A DNA stretch of 64,000 nucleotides, taken from assembly GCA_044221725.1 (NCBI GenBank), contig JBGAON010000001.1, positions 160,001-224,000 of the forward strand. Direction: 5' to 3'. The stretch is from Elusimicrobiota bacterium. Lineage in GTDB: Bacteria; Elusimicrobiota; Elusimicrobia; F11. The translations under genes and the position numbers were made by a program. Within the stretch, counting starts at the first letter, position 1, and the number at the start of each line of letters is the position of its first letter. Shown here one piece after another: positions 40,072 through 49,239 of this stretch. Under the pieces are notes generated by a model that saw nothing but the letters and a program-made list of their open reading frames with translations, had not been told where the DNA came from and ran no database searches.

Positions 40072-40517
40072 ATATTTTGTTTGTGTGCACCGGTAACACC
40101 TGCCGCAGTCCTATGGCCGAACACCTGTTTCGAAAAATGTTGAAAGACGCCGGCAAGCCGAACGTCACGGTGGCGTCGGCCGGCACACACGCGGCCCCGT
40201 GGGTGAATTTTCCGCCGGAGGCGCAAGAGGCGTTGGCCTCTCACGGTGTCACCCCCGTACGGCACACGGCGCAGGATTTAACAGGACTTCTTATTCAGCA
40301 AGCGGATTTGATATTAACGATGGAAGAACATCATCGGCGCATTGTTAATGACCGGTTTCCCGAGGCGCGGGAAAAAACGTACGTGCTGAAATCCTATGTC
40401 CAAAGTTCTGACCCACAAAAGGATATTCGTGACCCGATAGGATTTCCGGTGGCTGTGTACAACGATGTTTTGTCGGATATCGAACGCGCGCTCATTCCAC
40501 TTTTAAAGAAAATTTAA
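40068..40517 (+). CDS. Low-molecular-weight protein phosphatase, YwlE-type (arginine phosphatase)
   Basis: CTGNTCRSPMAE P-loop with Thr, DIRDP; sits between tsaC and glyA like ywlE. Confidence 0.85.
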   Translation: MNILFVCTGNTCRSPMAEHLFRKMLKDAGKPNVTVASAGTHAAPWVNFPPEAQEALASHGVTPVRHTAQDLTGLLIQQADLILTMEEHHRRIVNDRFPEAREKTYVLKSYVQSSDPQKDIRDPIGFPVAVYNDVLSDIERALIPLLKKI

Positions 40518-40529
40518 CAGGAGAAGATC

Positions 40530-41780
40530 GTGTACAACAAAATTAAAAAACAAGACCCCGCTGTTTTTAAAGCGATTCATGACGAAGTTGAACGTCAACA
40601 AGAAGGTTTGGAGCTGATCGCCTCGGAAAATTTCACTTCCGAAGCGGTAATGGAAGCGCAGGGATCCGTGATGACGAACAAATACGCCGAGGGTTATCCG
40701 GGAAAGCGGTACTACGGTGGTTGCGAAAATGTGGACGTTGTCGAAACGCTGGCCATCGAACGTGCGAAAAAACTTTTCGGAGCCGAGCACGCGAATGTTC
40801 AGCCGCATTCGGGCACGCAGGCCAACATCGCCGTGCTCATGACATTTTTGCAGCCGGGCGACACGATCATGGGACTTCAGCTCGCGCATGGCGGACATCT
40901 CTCGCACGGACATCCGCTGAATTTTTCAGGCAAGTATTTCAACGTGGTGGGGTTCGGTGTATCGGAGAAAACCGAGCTTCTGGATTACGATCAAGCCGAG
41001 AAACTGGCGCGCGAACGGAAACCGAAGCTTTTGTGTATCGGCGCATCGGCGTATTCGCGGGAGTTTGATTGGCAGCGTTTTCGAAAGATCGCGGATAGTA
41101 TTGGCGCCATTCTTATGACCGATGTTGCGCATTACGCCGGTCTTATTGTTGCCGGTCTTTATCCGAACCCAGTTCCCTATGCCGACGTGGTAACAACGAC
41201 AACCCATAAAACGTTGCGTGGACCGCGCGGCGGCCTCGTCCTTTGTAAGCAAAAATACGCGGCCGATATCGACCGCAGTCTTTTTCCTGGGGATCAAGGT
41301 GGCCCGCTGATGCACGTGATTGCGGCGAAAGCGGTGGCGTTTGGCGAAGCGCTTAAGCCGGCTTTCAAAATTTATCAGAAGCAAGTAAAAGAAAACGCAA
41401 AGATGCTCGCTGAAGTTTTGACGAAAAATGGTTTGCGCATTGTAACCGGTGGCACCGATTCGCATATGTTTCTCGTCGACCTGCGTCCCAAAAATATTAC
41501 GGGCAAAGAGGCCGAGGCGGTTCTCGGGGCGGCCGGCATTACCACGAACAAAAATGCCATTCCATTTGACCCGCAAAAACCGTTCATCGCCTCCGGAATT
41601 CGTCTTGGAACACCGGCCGTCACGACCCGAGGCATGAAGAAAAAAGAAATGGTCCAGATCGGCAATTGGATTTCGCAAGCGCTCGACGCAAAAGAAAACC
41701 CGAAAGCGCTTGCAAAAATTCGTTCCGATGTGAAAAAGTTTTGCGCAAAATTCCCGTTGTATCGGGATCATGCGCGCTGA
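40530..41780 (+). CDS. glyA: Serine hydroxymethyltransferase
   Basis: [21 protein letters not shown] and [14 protein letters not shown] motifs. Confidence 0.98.
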   Translation: MYNKIKKQDPAVFKAIHDEVERQQEGLELIASENFTSEAVMEAQGSVMTNKYAEGYPGKRYYGGCENVDVVETLAIERAKKLFGAEHANVQPHSGTQANIAVLMTFLQPGDTIMGLQLAHGGHLSHGHPLNFSGKYFNVVGFGVSEKTELLDYDQAEKLARERKPKLLCIGASAYSREFDWQRFRKIADSIGAILMTDVAHYAGLIVAGLYPNPVPYADVVTTTTHKTLRGPRGGLVLCKQKYAADIDRSLFPGDQGGPLMHVIAAKAVAFGEALKPAFKIYQKQVKENAKMLAEVLTKNGLRIVTGGTDSHMFLVDLRPKNITGKEAEAVLGAAGITTNKNAIPFDPQKPFIASGIRLGTPAVTTRGMKKKEMVQIGNWISQALDAKENPKALAKIRSDVKKFCAKFPLYRDHAR

Positions 41781-42843
41781 TAGCGGCTCGCACGTTCATT
41801 TTTACCTGATAGCCTTTTTTTCGGCGCTGTTTGTTTCGCTGGTAGCGACGCCGTTCAGTATTTGGCTCGCAAAGCGATTTGGAGCGATGGACGCCGTGGA
41901 TCCACGGAAAATTCATCACGAGCCACGACCGCGCTGGGGCGGAATCGGCATTGTGGTGGGTTTTTTTTCGGGACTGGCGATTTTGTGGTTTCGGTATCCG
42001 GGTTTTCAGAAATTGTTGGGATTCAGTCAGGGAATTCTTCGCGATAAAAAAGTTCTTTTCACGCTCAACCTTGGCGAGCAACTGGCGGGAATCCTCTTCG
42101 GTACGCTGCTTCTTTTTGTGGTTGGGCTTTTCGACGACCGCTCCTCCGTTAAGCCCGGCATGAAACTCCTTTTCCAGATTATTGCCGCCTATGTGGCGAT
42201 GACGTACGGCGTTCGAATTTACGGCTTGTCGCTGCCCGGGATGGAAGCCTATTCCTATTTTCCGCTGTGGTTCATGCAAATCATCACGGTGTTTTGGCTC
42301 GTAGGCCTGTGCAACGCCGTGAATCTTATTGATGGGTTGGATGGTTTGGCCGGCGGTGTGGTCGCGATTGTTGCGGGAGCGTTCGTAGCGGTCACGCTCG
42401 TTCAGCAAGGACTGCATTCATCGTTATCAATGCAACAAATGAAACTGGCCGGTGTCATTGCGGCGGCGCTCTTTGGCGGTGTGCTTGGGTTTTTGGTCTA
42501 CAATTTTTATCCAGCGAAAGTTTTTATGGGCGATAGTGGTTCGTTGAGTCTCGGCTTCCTCGTCGGGTGCATTGCCGTGATCGGCGCGTTTAAGACGACG
42601 ATATTGGCGGTGCTCGTTGTGCCGTTTTTGTTGGTAGCCCTGCCAATCACGGATATGGCGTTCGCGTTTGCGCGTCGGCTTGTCGGGCGCCAAAATCCGT
42701 TTGTGGCGGACCGTGGTCATTTTCATCATCGGCTTATCGACGCCGGTTGGACGCAACGGGAAGTCGTATTGCTTGTGTATGTAATTACCCTCGTGCTGGC
42801 ATGCACGAGTATTATTTCAGTAGCGTTAAGAAGAGGAACATGA
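41770..42843 (+). CDS. Undecaprenyl-phosphate GlcNAc-1-phosphate transferase (WecA/TagO, MraY family)
   Basis: [32 protein letters not shown] and DRGHFHHRL motifs. Confidence 0.92.
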   Translation: MRADSGSHVHFYLIAFFSALFVSLVATPFSIWLAKRFGAMDAVDPRKIHHEPRPRWGGIGIVVGFFSGLAILWFRYPGFQKLLGFSQGILRDKKVLFTLNLGEQLAGILFGTLLLFVVGLFDDRSSVKPGMKLLFQIIAAYVAMTYGVRIYGLSLPGMEAYSYFPLWFMQIITVFWLVGLCNAVNLIDGLDGLAGGVVAIVAGAFVAVTLVQQGLHSSLSMQQMKLAGVIAAALFGGVLGFLVYNFYPAKVFMGDSGSLSLGFLVGCIAVIGAFKTTILAVLVVPFLLVALPITDMAFAFARRLVGRQNPFVADRGHFHHRLIDAGWTQREVVLLVYVITLVLACTSIISVALRRGT

Positions 42844-44009
42844 AACGTAAAACAATCCTTTGTTTTTTTGGAACACGACCCGAAGCGATTAAGATGGCTC
42901 CGGTCGTGAAACAGCTGATGCGGGAATCTTGTTTTCGGGTGGTGGTGGCGGTGAGCGCGCAACATCGCGGCATGCTCGACCAGGTGTTGGCAGCGTTTAA
43001 AATCAAATCCCACGTGGATCTCGACCTTATGAAACCCGGACAAAGCTTGTCCGATATCACCGTGCGCGTCCTCGACCGATTCGGTCCCGTTCTTGACCGC
43101 ATCAAGCCCGATATGGTGCTCGTGCACGGCGACACCACCACGACGCTCGCGGGAACCCTCGCCTGCTATTACAAGCAAATTCCGGTCGGACACGTTGAAG
43201 CGGGACTGCGCACAAATGATTTATATCGTCCTTTCCCCGAAGAGGCCAATCGGCAACTTACCGATGCTCTGGCCGCGCTTTATTTTTGCCCCACCAACGA
43301 ATCCGCCAAGAATTTGCATCTCGAGCACCGTAACAGAGATCGCATTTTTGTCACTGGCAATACCGTGATCGACGCGTTGTTGGACACGGTTGAAACACGG
43401 AAGGTCGTGAAAGATGAGCGGCTAAACAAACTTCTCGCGCGCATGCGCGCTAGCCGAACTCGCATGGTGCTCATGACAGCGCATCGCCGCGAAAATTTTG
43501 GGAAACCATTTGAAAATGTTTTGAGTGCCGTCAAACAATTGAGCGCGAAATTTCCGGACGTGGAATGGATTTATCCGGTGCATCCGAATCCCAACGTGCA
43601 CGGACCTGCGCATCGCGTGTTGGGGAAATTGTCCAACGTCCATTTGTTTGCGCCGCTCGATTACACCGACCTCGTGCAGGCGATGGACGCGAGCACGATT
43701 GTCGTAACAGATTCGGGTGGGCTTCAAGAAGAGGCTCCATCGTTGGGCAAACCGGTGTTGGTGTTGCGCGATGTGACGGAGCGTCCCGAGGCGGTCCATG
43801 CGGGCACGGTACTTTTGGTTGGTACCGACGAAAAGAAGATTGTCCGGGAAACCACGAAACTTCTCACGGATCGACGTTATTACGGAAAAATAGCAAACGC
43901 CGTGAATCCGTACGGCGATGGTAAAGCGTCGAAGCGCACATCCGATGCAATCCGTTGGTATTTCGGTTTTTCAAAATCGAAACCCGCTCCTTTCCGTCCG
44001 CGGGCATGA
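42840..44009 (+). CDS. wecB: UDP-N-acetylglucosamine 2-epimerase
   Basis: FGTRPEAIKMAP, HGDT, HVEAGLR and DSGGLQEEAP motifs. Confidence 0.96.
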   Translation: MKRKTILCFFGTRPEAIKMAPVVKQLMRESCFRVVVAVSAQHRGMLDQVLAAFKIKSHVDLDLMKPGQSLSDITVRVLDRFGPVLDRIKPDMVLVHGDTTTTLAGTLACYYKQIPVGHVEAGLRTNDLYRPFPEEANRQLTDALAALYFCPTNESAKNLHLEHRNRDRIFVTGNTVIDALLDTVETRKVVKDERLNKLLARMRASRTRMVLMTAHRRENFGKPFENVLSAVKQLSAKFPDVEWIYPVHPNPNVHGPAHRVLGKLSNVHLFAPLDYTDLVQAMDASTIVVTDSGGLQEEAPSLGKPVLVLRDVTERPEAVHAGTVLLVGTDEKKIVRETTKLLTDRRYYGKIANAVNPYGDGKASKRTSDAIRWYFGFSKSKPAPFRPRA

Positions 44010-44332
44010 CCGAGCCCAGACAATTTAAGCGCGGGCGCCGCACGTACACGAAGATGGGAAGTTTTCGTGAAGTGCGCGTTGAGACGGGGAAAGCAAAGCC
44101 GCTCGCCCCGCTGGAAACGCCAATTCCTTTGGAAGTCGATCCGAAAACGGAAGAAGGTATTTACAGCAACGAAGCGACGGTCTATCGCTCCGCCGATGAA
44201 GTGGTTGTTGATTTTGCGTTTGTGTCGGCAAGCCCGCCTCGCCGTCGGGTACGATCGCGCGTCGTTGTTTCGCACCAACATGCGCGGCAGTTGTCGAATT
44301 TGTTGAAGAAGGCCGTTGAGGAGAAAGAATAG
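44006..44332 (+). CDS. DUF3467-like small protein
   Basis: EGIYSNEA......EVVVDF...RVRSRVVVS..HAR pattern. Confidence 0.65.
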   Translation: MTEPRQFKRGRRTYTKMGSFREVRVETGKAKPLAPLETPIPLEVDPKTEEGIYSNEATVYRSADEVVVDFAFVSASPPRRRVRSRVVVSHQHARQLSNLLKKAVEEKE

Positions 44333-44748
44333 TGTCGGGAAAATTGATTGTGACTTATACGGACGGTGCGTCGCGGGGAAATCCGGGCCCGGCGGGTATC
44401 GGAGCGCTTTTGTTGAGCGAGTCCGGCGAGACGTTGGCCGAGGTTTCGCAGTTCGTGGGTGTCACCACCAACAACGAAGCCGAATACCGGGCGCTGCTTC
44501 TGGCGCTCACGCGGGCGCGCGAAATGAAAGCGACTCATGTAAAATGTTTTCTCGATAGCGAGCTGGTTGTTCGCCAACTGAACGGGCAGTACAAAGTGAA
44601 GTCAGAAAAAATGGCGCAATTTTTCTCCGATGTAAAAAATCTGATTGGCAATTTCGAGTCGGTGACGTTCACTCACGTGCCACGCGAACATCCGAACCAG
44701 AGGATTGCCGACAAACTCGCGAACAAAGGAATAGACAATGGCCGATGA
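44332..44748 (+). CDS. rnhA: Ribonuclease HI
   Basis: YTDGASRGNPG, TNNEAEYRAL, DSELVVRQ and N.IADKLAN motifs. Confidence 0.92.
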   Translation: MSGKLIVTYTDGASRGNPGPAGIGALLLSESGETLAEVSQFVGVTTNNEAEYRALLLALTRAREMKATHVKCFLDSELVVRQLNGQYKVKSEKMAQFFSDVKNLIGNFESVTFTHVPREHPNQRIADKLANKGIDNGR

Positions 44749-45238
44749 ATCATCTTTTGATGTGGTCTCCAAGGTCGACATGCAGATCGTCGACGATGCC
44801 GTGAACGCAGCGAACAAAGAAATCACCGTCCGGTTCGATTTTCGGGGTAGCATTTCGAAATTTGAGTTGGACAAAAAAGCCGGACAAATCACGATCGTTT
44901 CGGATGACGAAGGAAAATTGAAAAGCACCGTCGAAATATTGCGTTCTCGAATTGCAAAGCGGGGGATTGAACAGAAAGCGTTGGATTTTCAAAAAGTGGA
45001 AACGGCTGCGCTGGGTGGGACCGTGCGCCAACTCGTAAAGATAGCTCAAGGCATTCCTTCCGAAAAAGCGAAACAAATGGTCGCCGACATCAAATCCGCG
45101 AAGTTAAAAGTCACGCCTTCCATTCAATCCGATCAGGTTCGCGTCACTTCGAAATCTCGTGATTCGTTGCAGGAGGCGATCGCGCTTTTGAAATCAAAGG
45201 ATTACGGCATTCCGCTTCAATTCACGAATTATCGATGA
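44738..45238 (+). CDS. yajQ: YajQ family nucleotide/c-di-GMP-binding protein
   Basis: SFDVVSKVD, RFDFRG, IQSDQVRVT and LQFTNYR motifs. Confidence 0.94.
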   Translation: MADESSFDVVSKVDMQIVDDAVNAANKEITVRFDFRGSISKFELDKKAGQITIVSDDEGKLKSTVEILRSRIAKRGIEQKALDFQKVETAALGGTVRQLVKIAQGIPSEKAKQMVADIKSAKLKVTPSIQSDQVRVTSKSRDSLQEAIALLKSKDYGIPLQFTNYR

Positions 45239-46227
45239 CGAAGTTCGGCGTTTCTTATTTCGGCAATCGGTTTCTTTCGCACGCGCGCGAAGATTTCAAA
45301 CGCATCTCGGCGAGTTGCGACTATATTGTTCACACCGTCAATGAGACGGATTTGGTTTATCACAAAGCGGTCCTTGCTCGACTGTTTCACGAGTCGCGCA
45401 AGGTTGGCCTCGAAGTGTGGGTGGATCCCTGGGGGTTGGGCGGCGTTTTTGGAGGCGAAGCTTCGTCTCAATTTCTGTTGGAGCACCGAAAATCCTGGCA
45501 AGTGATGTCGGACGGTCGGCACGTGGCAGCCGCTTGCTTGAATCGCCCTGAATGGCGGTCCTATATGAAGGAATGGATATTGAGCGTGCGCGACATGGGC
45601 GGTCAGGTCATTTTTTGGGACGAACCGCACGTGGCTTTCGATTTCGAGTCAGAGTGGGAAGGAATTTATTCGTGCTTTTGTGAGGAATGCCAACAATTGT
45701 TTAAGCGCAAATACGGTACATTGCCGTTGAACAAATTGAACGATCAGATTCGCGAGTTCCGGCGCGACACGATGCGTTCTTTTTTGCAAGAAGGGATGGC
45801 GTTCGCGCGCAGCAAGGGAATGAAAAACGCGATATGTTTGTATGCGTACCGGGGGCATGCCGAGTACGATTTGGTTTGGAAAGGGGCGGCCGAGCTGCCC
45901 GATCTCGATATTTTTGGATGCGACCCGTATTGGCACTGGCGTTTCAAACGGGACGTGACGCCGCACGTAACAGAATTTTCCGAGTATGTCGTCGAAACGG
46001 CGAAAGCAAACAAAAAGTCTTCGCAAGTGTGGATTCAGGCCATGCGTTTGCCGACGGGAACCGAACATCAAATTGGCGATGCGGTGGAAGCCGCCGTGAA
46101 AGCCGGGATTACGCACGTGGCCGCATGGAGTTTTGATGGCGGCGAATTGCTCGATACCGTATTGTCGGAACGCCCCGATGTTGTTTGGAGCGAAGTGGAA
46201 AAAGCATTTCAAAAGTTTCGCCGCTAA
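45235..46227 (+). CDS. Cytoplasmic glycoside-hydrolase-like TIM-barrel protein
   Basis: ACLNRPEWR, IFWDEPH and SCFCEEC..LFK..YG resemble GH42/GHL-type barrels with a Cys cluster. Confidence 0.55.
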   Translation: MTKFGVSYFGNRFLSHAREDFKRISASCDYIVHTVNETDLVYHKAVLARLFHESRKVGLEVWVDPWGLGGVFGGEASSQFLLEHRKSWQVMSDGRHVAAACLNRPEWRSYMKEWILSVRDMGGQVIFWDEPHVAFDFESEWEGIYSCFCEECQQLFKRKYGTLPLNKLNDQIREFRRDTMRSFLQEGMAFARSKGMKNAICLYAYRGHAEYDLVWKGAAELPDLDIFGCDPYWHWRFKRDVTPHVTEFSEYVVETAKANKKSSQVWIQAMRLPTGTEHQIGDAVEAAVKAGITHVAAWSFDGGELLDTVLSERPDVVWSEVEKAFQKFRR

Positions 46228-46233
46228 AAAGTT

Positions 46234-47109
46234 GTGTTGAAGGATTTCGTTCACATCATAAATCCGAACAGCAAAAAGAAAGCGGCGGTCGCGCAATTTT
46301 TTAAAGAGAATCCCGCCTTCAATACGGTTTGGGTGGAACGCACGAGCCATCCTGCTCACTTGGAGACCGTTGTGCAATGGGCCGTTAACGAGGGCTACTC
46401 GAGGATCGCGGTTTGGGGTGGGGATGGAACACTGAGTCGCGCGGTAAATGAAATTTATCGACGGAGCGCATTCGACAAAATGATCGTCGCGCTTGTGCCC
46501 GTTGGAACCTGCAATGATTTTGCGAAAAGAATGGAAATTCCAGTCTGGGAAACATGTGTTGCGCATGCGTTGGCGTCAAAAGGACGAGAAGAATTAATTG
46601 ACGTTGGTTTGGTTTCGACGTCGGTCGGAGAGAGAACGTTTATCAACAACGCAGGATTTGGTCGAACGCGCGACCGCTTTCGCGCACGATCAAACCCGGT
46701 CAAGGACATTCTCGCCTTTTCGCCAAAGAAAATTGATGTCGAGTGGCAATCCGATGCCATTAAACATTCCGAGACGCGAACCGCTTTGCTGGGTGTGGTG
46801 TGCAACGCGCCTTACTTCAATGGTGCGATGTATTTTGATAAGTCGATTTCGCCCACCGATGGAAGTCTCAGCGGATTCTTTGAGATGCCGCAGTCCACTC
46901 CAGCACTGTTATGGAAGCTCCTTCGGGCGAGAATGGGCCGTTCTCTTTTCGATGAGCGGACATTTCGAATTGACGCGCAAAAGATTCTTGTTTCATCGGA
47001 CAACGATTTGTTTCCGCAAGTGGACGGTGAGCCGGCGGTGGACTTGCCGGTCCGTTCAATCTCTTTTTCGATTCTAGATTCAAAATTGCGGTTTTTTACT
47101 TGGAGCTGA
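46234..47109 (+). CDS. Diacylglycerol/lipid kinase family protein
   Basis: IINPNS, GGDGTL, PVGTCNDFA and QVDGE motifs. Confidence 0.9.
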   Translation: MLKDFVHIINPNSKKKAAVAQFFKENPAFNTVWVERTSHPAHLETVVQWAVNEGYSRIAVWGGDGTLSRAVNEIYRRSAFDKMIVALVPVGTCNDFAKRMEIPVWETCVAHALASKGREELIDVGLVSTSVGERTFINNAGFGRTRDRFRARSNPVKDILAFSPKKIDVEWQSDAIKHSETRTALLGVVCNAPYFNGAMYFDKSISPTDGSLSGFFEMPQSTPALLWKLLRARMGRSLFDERTFRIDAQKILVSSDNDLFPQVDGEPAVDLPVRSISFSILDSKLRFFTWS

Positions 47110-47111
47110 AA

Positions 47112-47981
47112 ATGGCAACGGCACAGATTCTTGACGGAAAAAAAATTTCGGCCGAAGTTTTCGCTGAGATTCGGGAGCGATGCAAGAAGTTGGCGATGAA
47201 AGGAATGAAGCCGGGGCTTGCAACGGTTCTCGTGGGCGACGATCCTGCCTCGCATGTGTACGTAGGTCAGAAAATAAAGAAGTGTCAGGAGAATGGATTG
47301 GAATCAATTCATTGTCCACTTCCAGGCAACATCTCTCAGAGCGATTTGGAGAAAAAAGTAGGAGAGCTGAACGCGGATTCGAAGGTTCATGGAATCATTG
47401 TTCAGCTTCCATTGCCGAAACACCTTGATCCCGAGCCAATAATCCAACTGATATCACCGCAAAAGGATGCGGACGGTTTGCATCCCCTTAATCAGGGCCT
47501 GTTGGGCCGCCTCAAAAGCTGGGAGGAAATTAAGAATTCAGGTATCCCGTTGTCATGCACGCCTTATGGCGTGATCCACATGATCCTCCGGGAACGCATT
47601 CCGGTTTCGGGGAAGAATGTGGTCATCATTGGTCGCTCGACGCTGGTAGGAAAACCTGTGGCTCAGTTATTTTTAAGCCTGGACGCGACTGTCACTATTG
47701 CACATTCCCGTACCGCCGACCTTCCGAAAGTCTGCCAGAACGCGGACATTTTGGTTGCTGCTCTCGGAAAGCCGGAATTTGTAAAGGGGGACTGGGTGAA
47801 ACCGGGAGCGACCGTGATTGACGTGGGAATTTCTCGTACTTCCATCGGTCTGAAAGGTGACGTGGACTTCGCAGCCGCGGCGCAGGCTGCCTCTTGGATT
47901 ACGCCGGTTCCGGGCGGGGTTGGTGCCATGACGGTCGCAATGTTGCTGTTAAACACAGTTTTGTTATCTGAAAATCATTAG
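47112..47981 (+). CDS. folD: Methylenetetrahydrofolate dehydrogenase/cyclohydrolase
   Basis: LDGK, GIIVQLPLP, KDADGLHP, CTPYG and ITPVPGGVG motifs. Confidence 0.97.
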   Translation: MATAQILDGKKISAEVFAEIRERCKKLAMKGMKPGLATVLVGDDPASHVYVGQKIKKCQENGLESIHCPLPGNISQSDLEKKVGELNADSKVHGIIVQLPLPKHLDPEPIIQLISPQKDADGLHPLNQGLLGRLKSWEEIKNSGIPLSCTPYGVIHMILRERIPVSGKNVVIIGRSTLVGKPVAQLFLSLDATVTIAHSRTADLPKVCQNADILVAALGKPEFVKGDWVKPGATVIDVGISRTSIGLKGDVDFAAAAQAASWITPVPGGVGAMTVAMLLLNTVLLSENH

Positions 47982-48037
47982 AATTTCATTTGACTTTCGG
48001 GCTATGGCGGTTACATTTGATGTGATTCCAAACCGCT

Positions 48038-48550
48038 ATGAGAAAAGTCGCGACAGCCATCGCATTTTTTTGTCTGCTCACATTAACTCGAGGCCATGGA
48101 TTTTCGGCCTCGATAGCCGCATCAAATCTCCCGCTTAAAATCTCGATATCTCTTCCACAAGAAGTTCTTGTAACCGATGATCTCGATGCGCGCGATGAAT
48201 TCAATCGCCCTATCCGCAGCGTTTCTGCTCGCAGGGAATTTTCCTCCTTCTGGACAAAAAGTCTAAACGCGAAAATTCTGGATTCGCTAACGCCGCTAAA
48301 GTTGCGATTCATTTCACTGCTGGCAGCCTCATGGGATGTGTTCGCTGGCCGATTGCAGAATGCAAAGCAAAAAGCGGAGCAAGTTTTGGAAATCGCTCTA
48401 ATCGGTGCCTCGAAAATTGTTCATAAAACGTTTTTTCCGTCGAAATCGATCAAAGCCGCCGACATCAATGTGAAATCTGTTCGCACAGAGAATAGTCCGC
48501 TTCGCCTTTATATTTCCCTCGTCATTTCGTCGACCCGCCTTCTTCGCTAA
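48038..48550 (+). CDS. Hypothetical exported protein; possible leader/monitor ORF
   Basis: Signal-peptide-like N-terminus; ends LYISLVISSTRLLR; candidate promoter TTGACT-16-TACATT at 47990-48017. Confidence 0.55.
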   Translation: MRKVATAIAFFCLLTLTRGHGFSASIAASNLPLKISISLPQEVLVTDDLDARDEFNRPIRSVSARREFSSFWTKSLNAKILDSLTPLKLRFISLLAASWDVFAGRLQNAKQKAEQVLEIALIGASKIVHKTFFPSKSIKAADINVKSVRTENSPLRLYISLVISSTRLLR

Positions 48551-48681
48551 TCCTCACTCCACCCGCCCTCTCTTTTTTTGTTTTTGGGGGTTCTGTCGTT
48601 TGCTCTGTTCATTTGGACGTTTGATTAACGCTTGCTCGGTCGTTGATGGAAACTGGTTGGATACGCTGGATTAGGGGATTC

Positions 48682-49239
48682 GTGGAAAATTTGGTTGCGC
48701 CATATAAAAAGTTTTCTTTTATCGCGCGCGCGCGCAGGCGGGCGGTGATTTTAATTTTGGTCTCAGTTTGTTCAACCGCTTTAACGCACGCCGAAAATAA
48801 ATCGATCTCTCCTGAGGAACAGTGGCGGAACAATCGGGAAGCGGCTCGAAAGCACACACGCGATGTCGACGTCCAACTTATCCGCGATCTCGAATCAAAC
48901 TCAGCTGAGATGGTCCGACAAGGCGCGGCCCAACAGCTCGGGAATTACGTTCAGAATCCTGCCGTGGTTCGTGCATTGGCAACAGCGCTCGAAACCGATT
49001 CCGCGAAATCCGTTCGGTGTGCTTGCGCGCTTTCCTTGGCGATTGCGCCTACGTTCCGGTCGATCACGGCATACGAACGTGTTTTGAGCGATCCGGATCC
49101 GGATTTGCGCCGACAAGTGGCGTTTGGATTGCAACGTCACCTTGCGGGGCCCAACAAATTCAAAGCCGCGGCGCTTTTGAAGAAGCTTGAGAACGATCAG
49201 GATGAATCCGTTCGGAGAATGGCGGGAGTGGCGAAGTGA
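48682..49239 (+). CDS. Exported HEAT-repeat protein
   Basis: SD AGGGG plus GTG 48682; signal peptide ...ALTHA; repeats VRQGAAQQLG, VRCACALSLA, DPDPDLRRQVAFGL and DQDESVRRMA. Confidence 0.8.
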   Translation: MENLVAPYKKFSFIARARRRAVILILVSVCSTALTHAENKSISPEEQWRNNREAARKHTRDVDVQLIRDLESNSAEMVRQGAAQQLGNYVQNPAVVRALATALETDSAKSVRCACALSLAIAPTFRSITAYERVLSDPDPDLRRQVAFGLQRHLAGPNKFKAAALLKKLENDQDESVRRMAGVAK

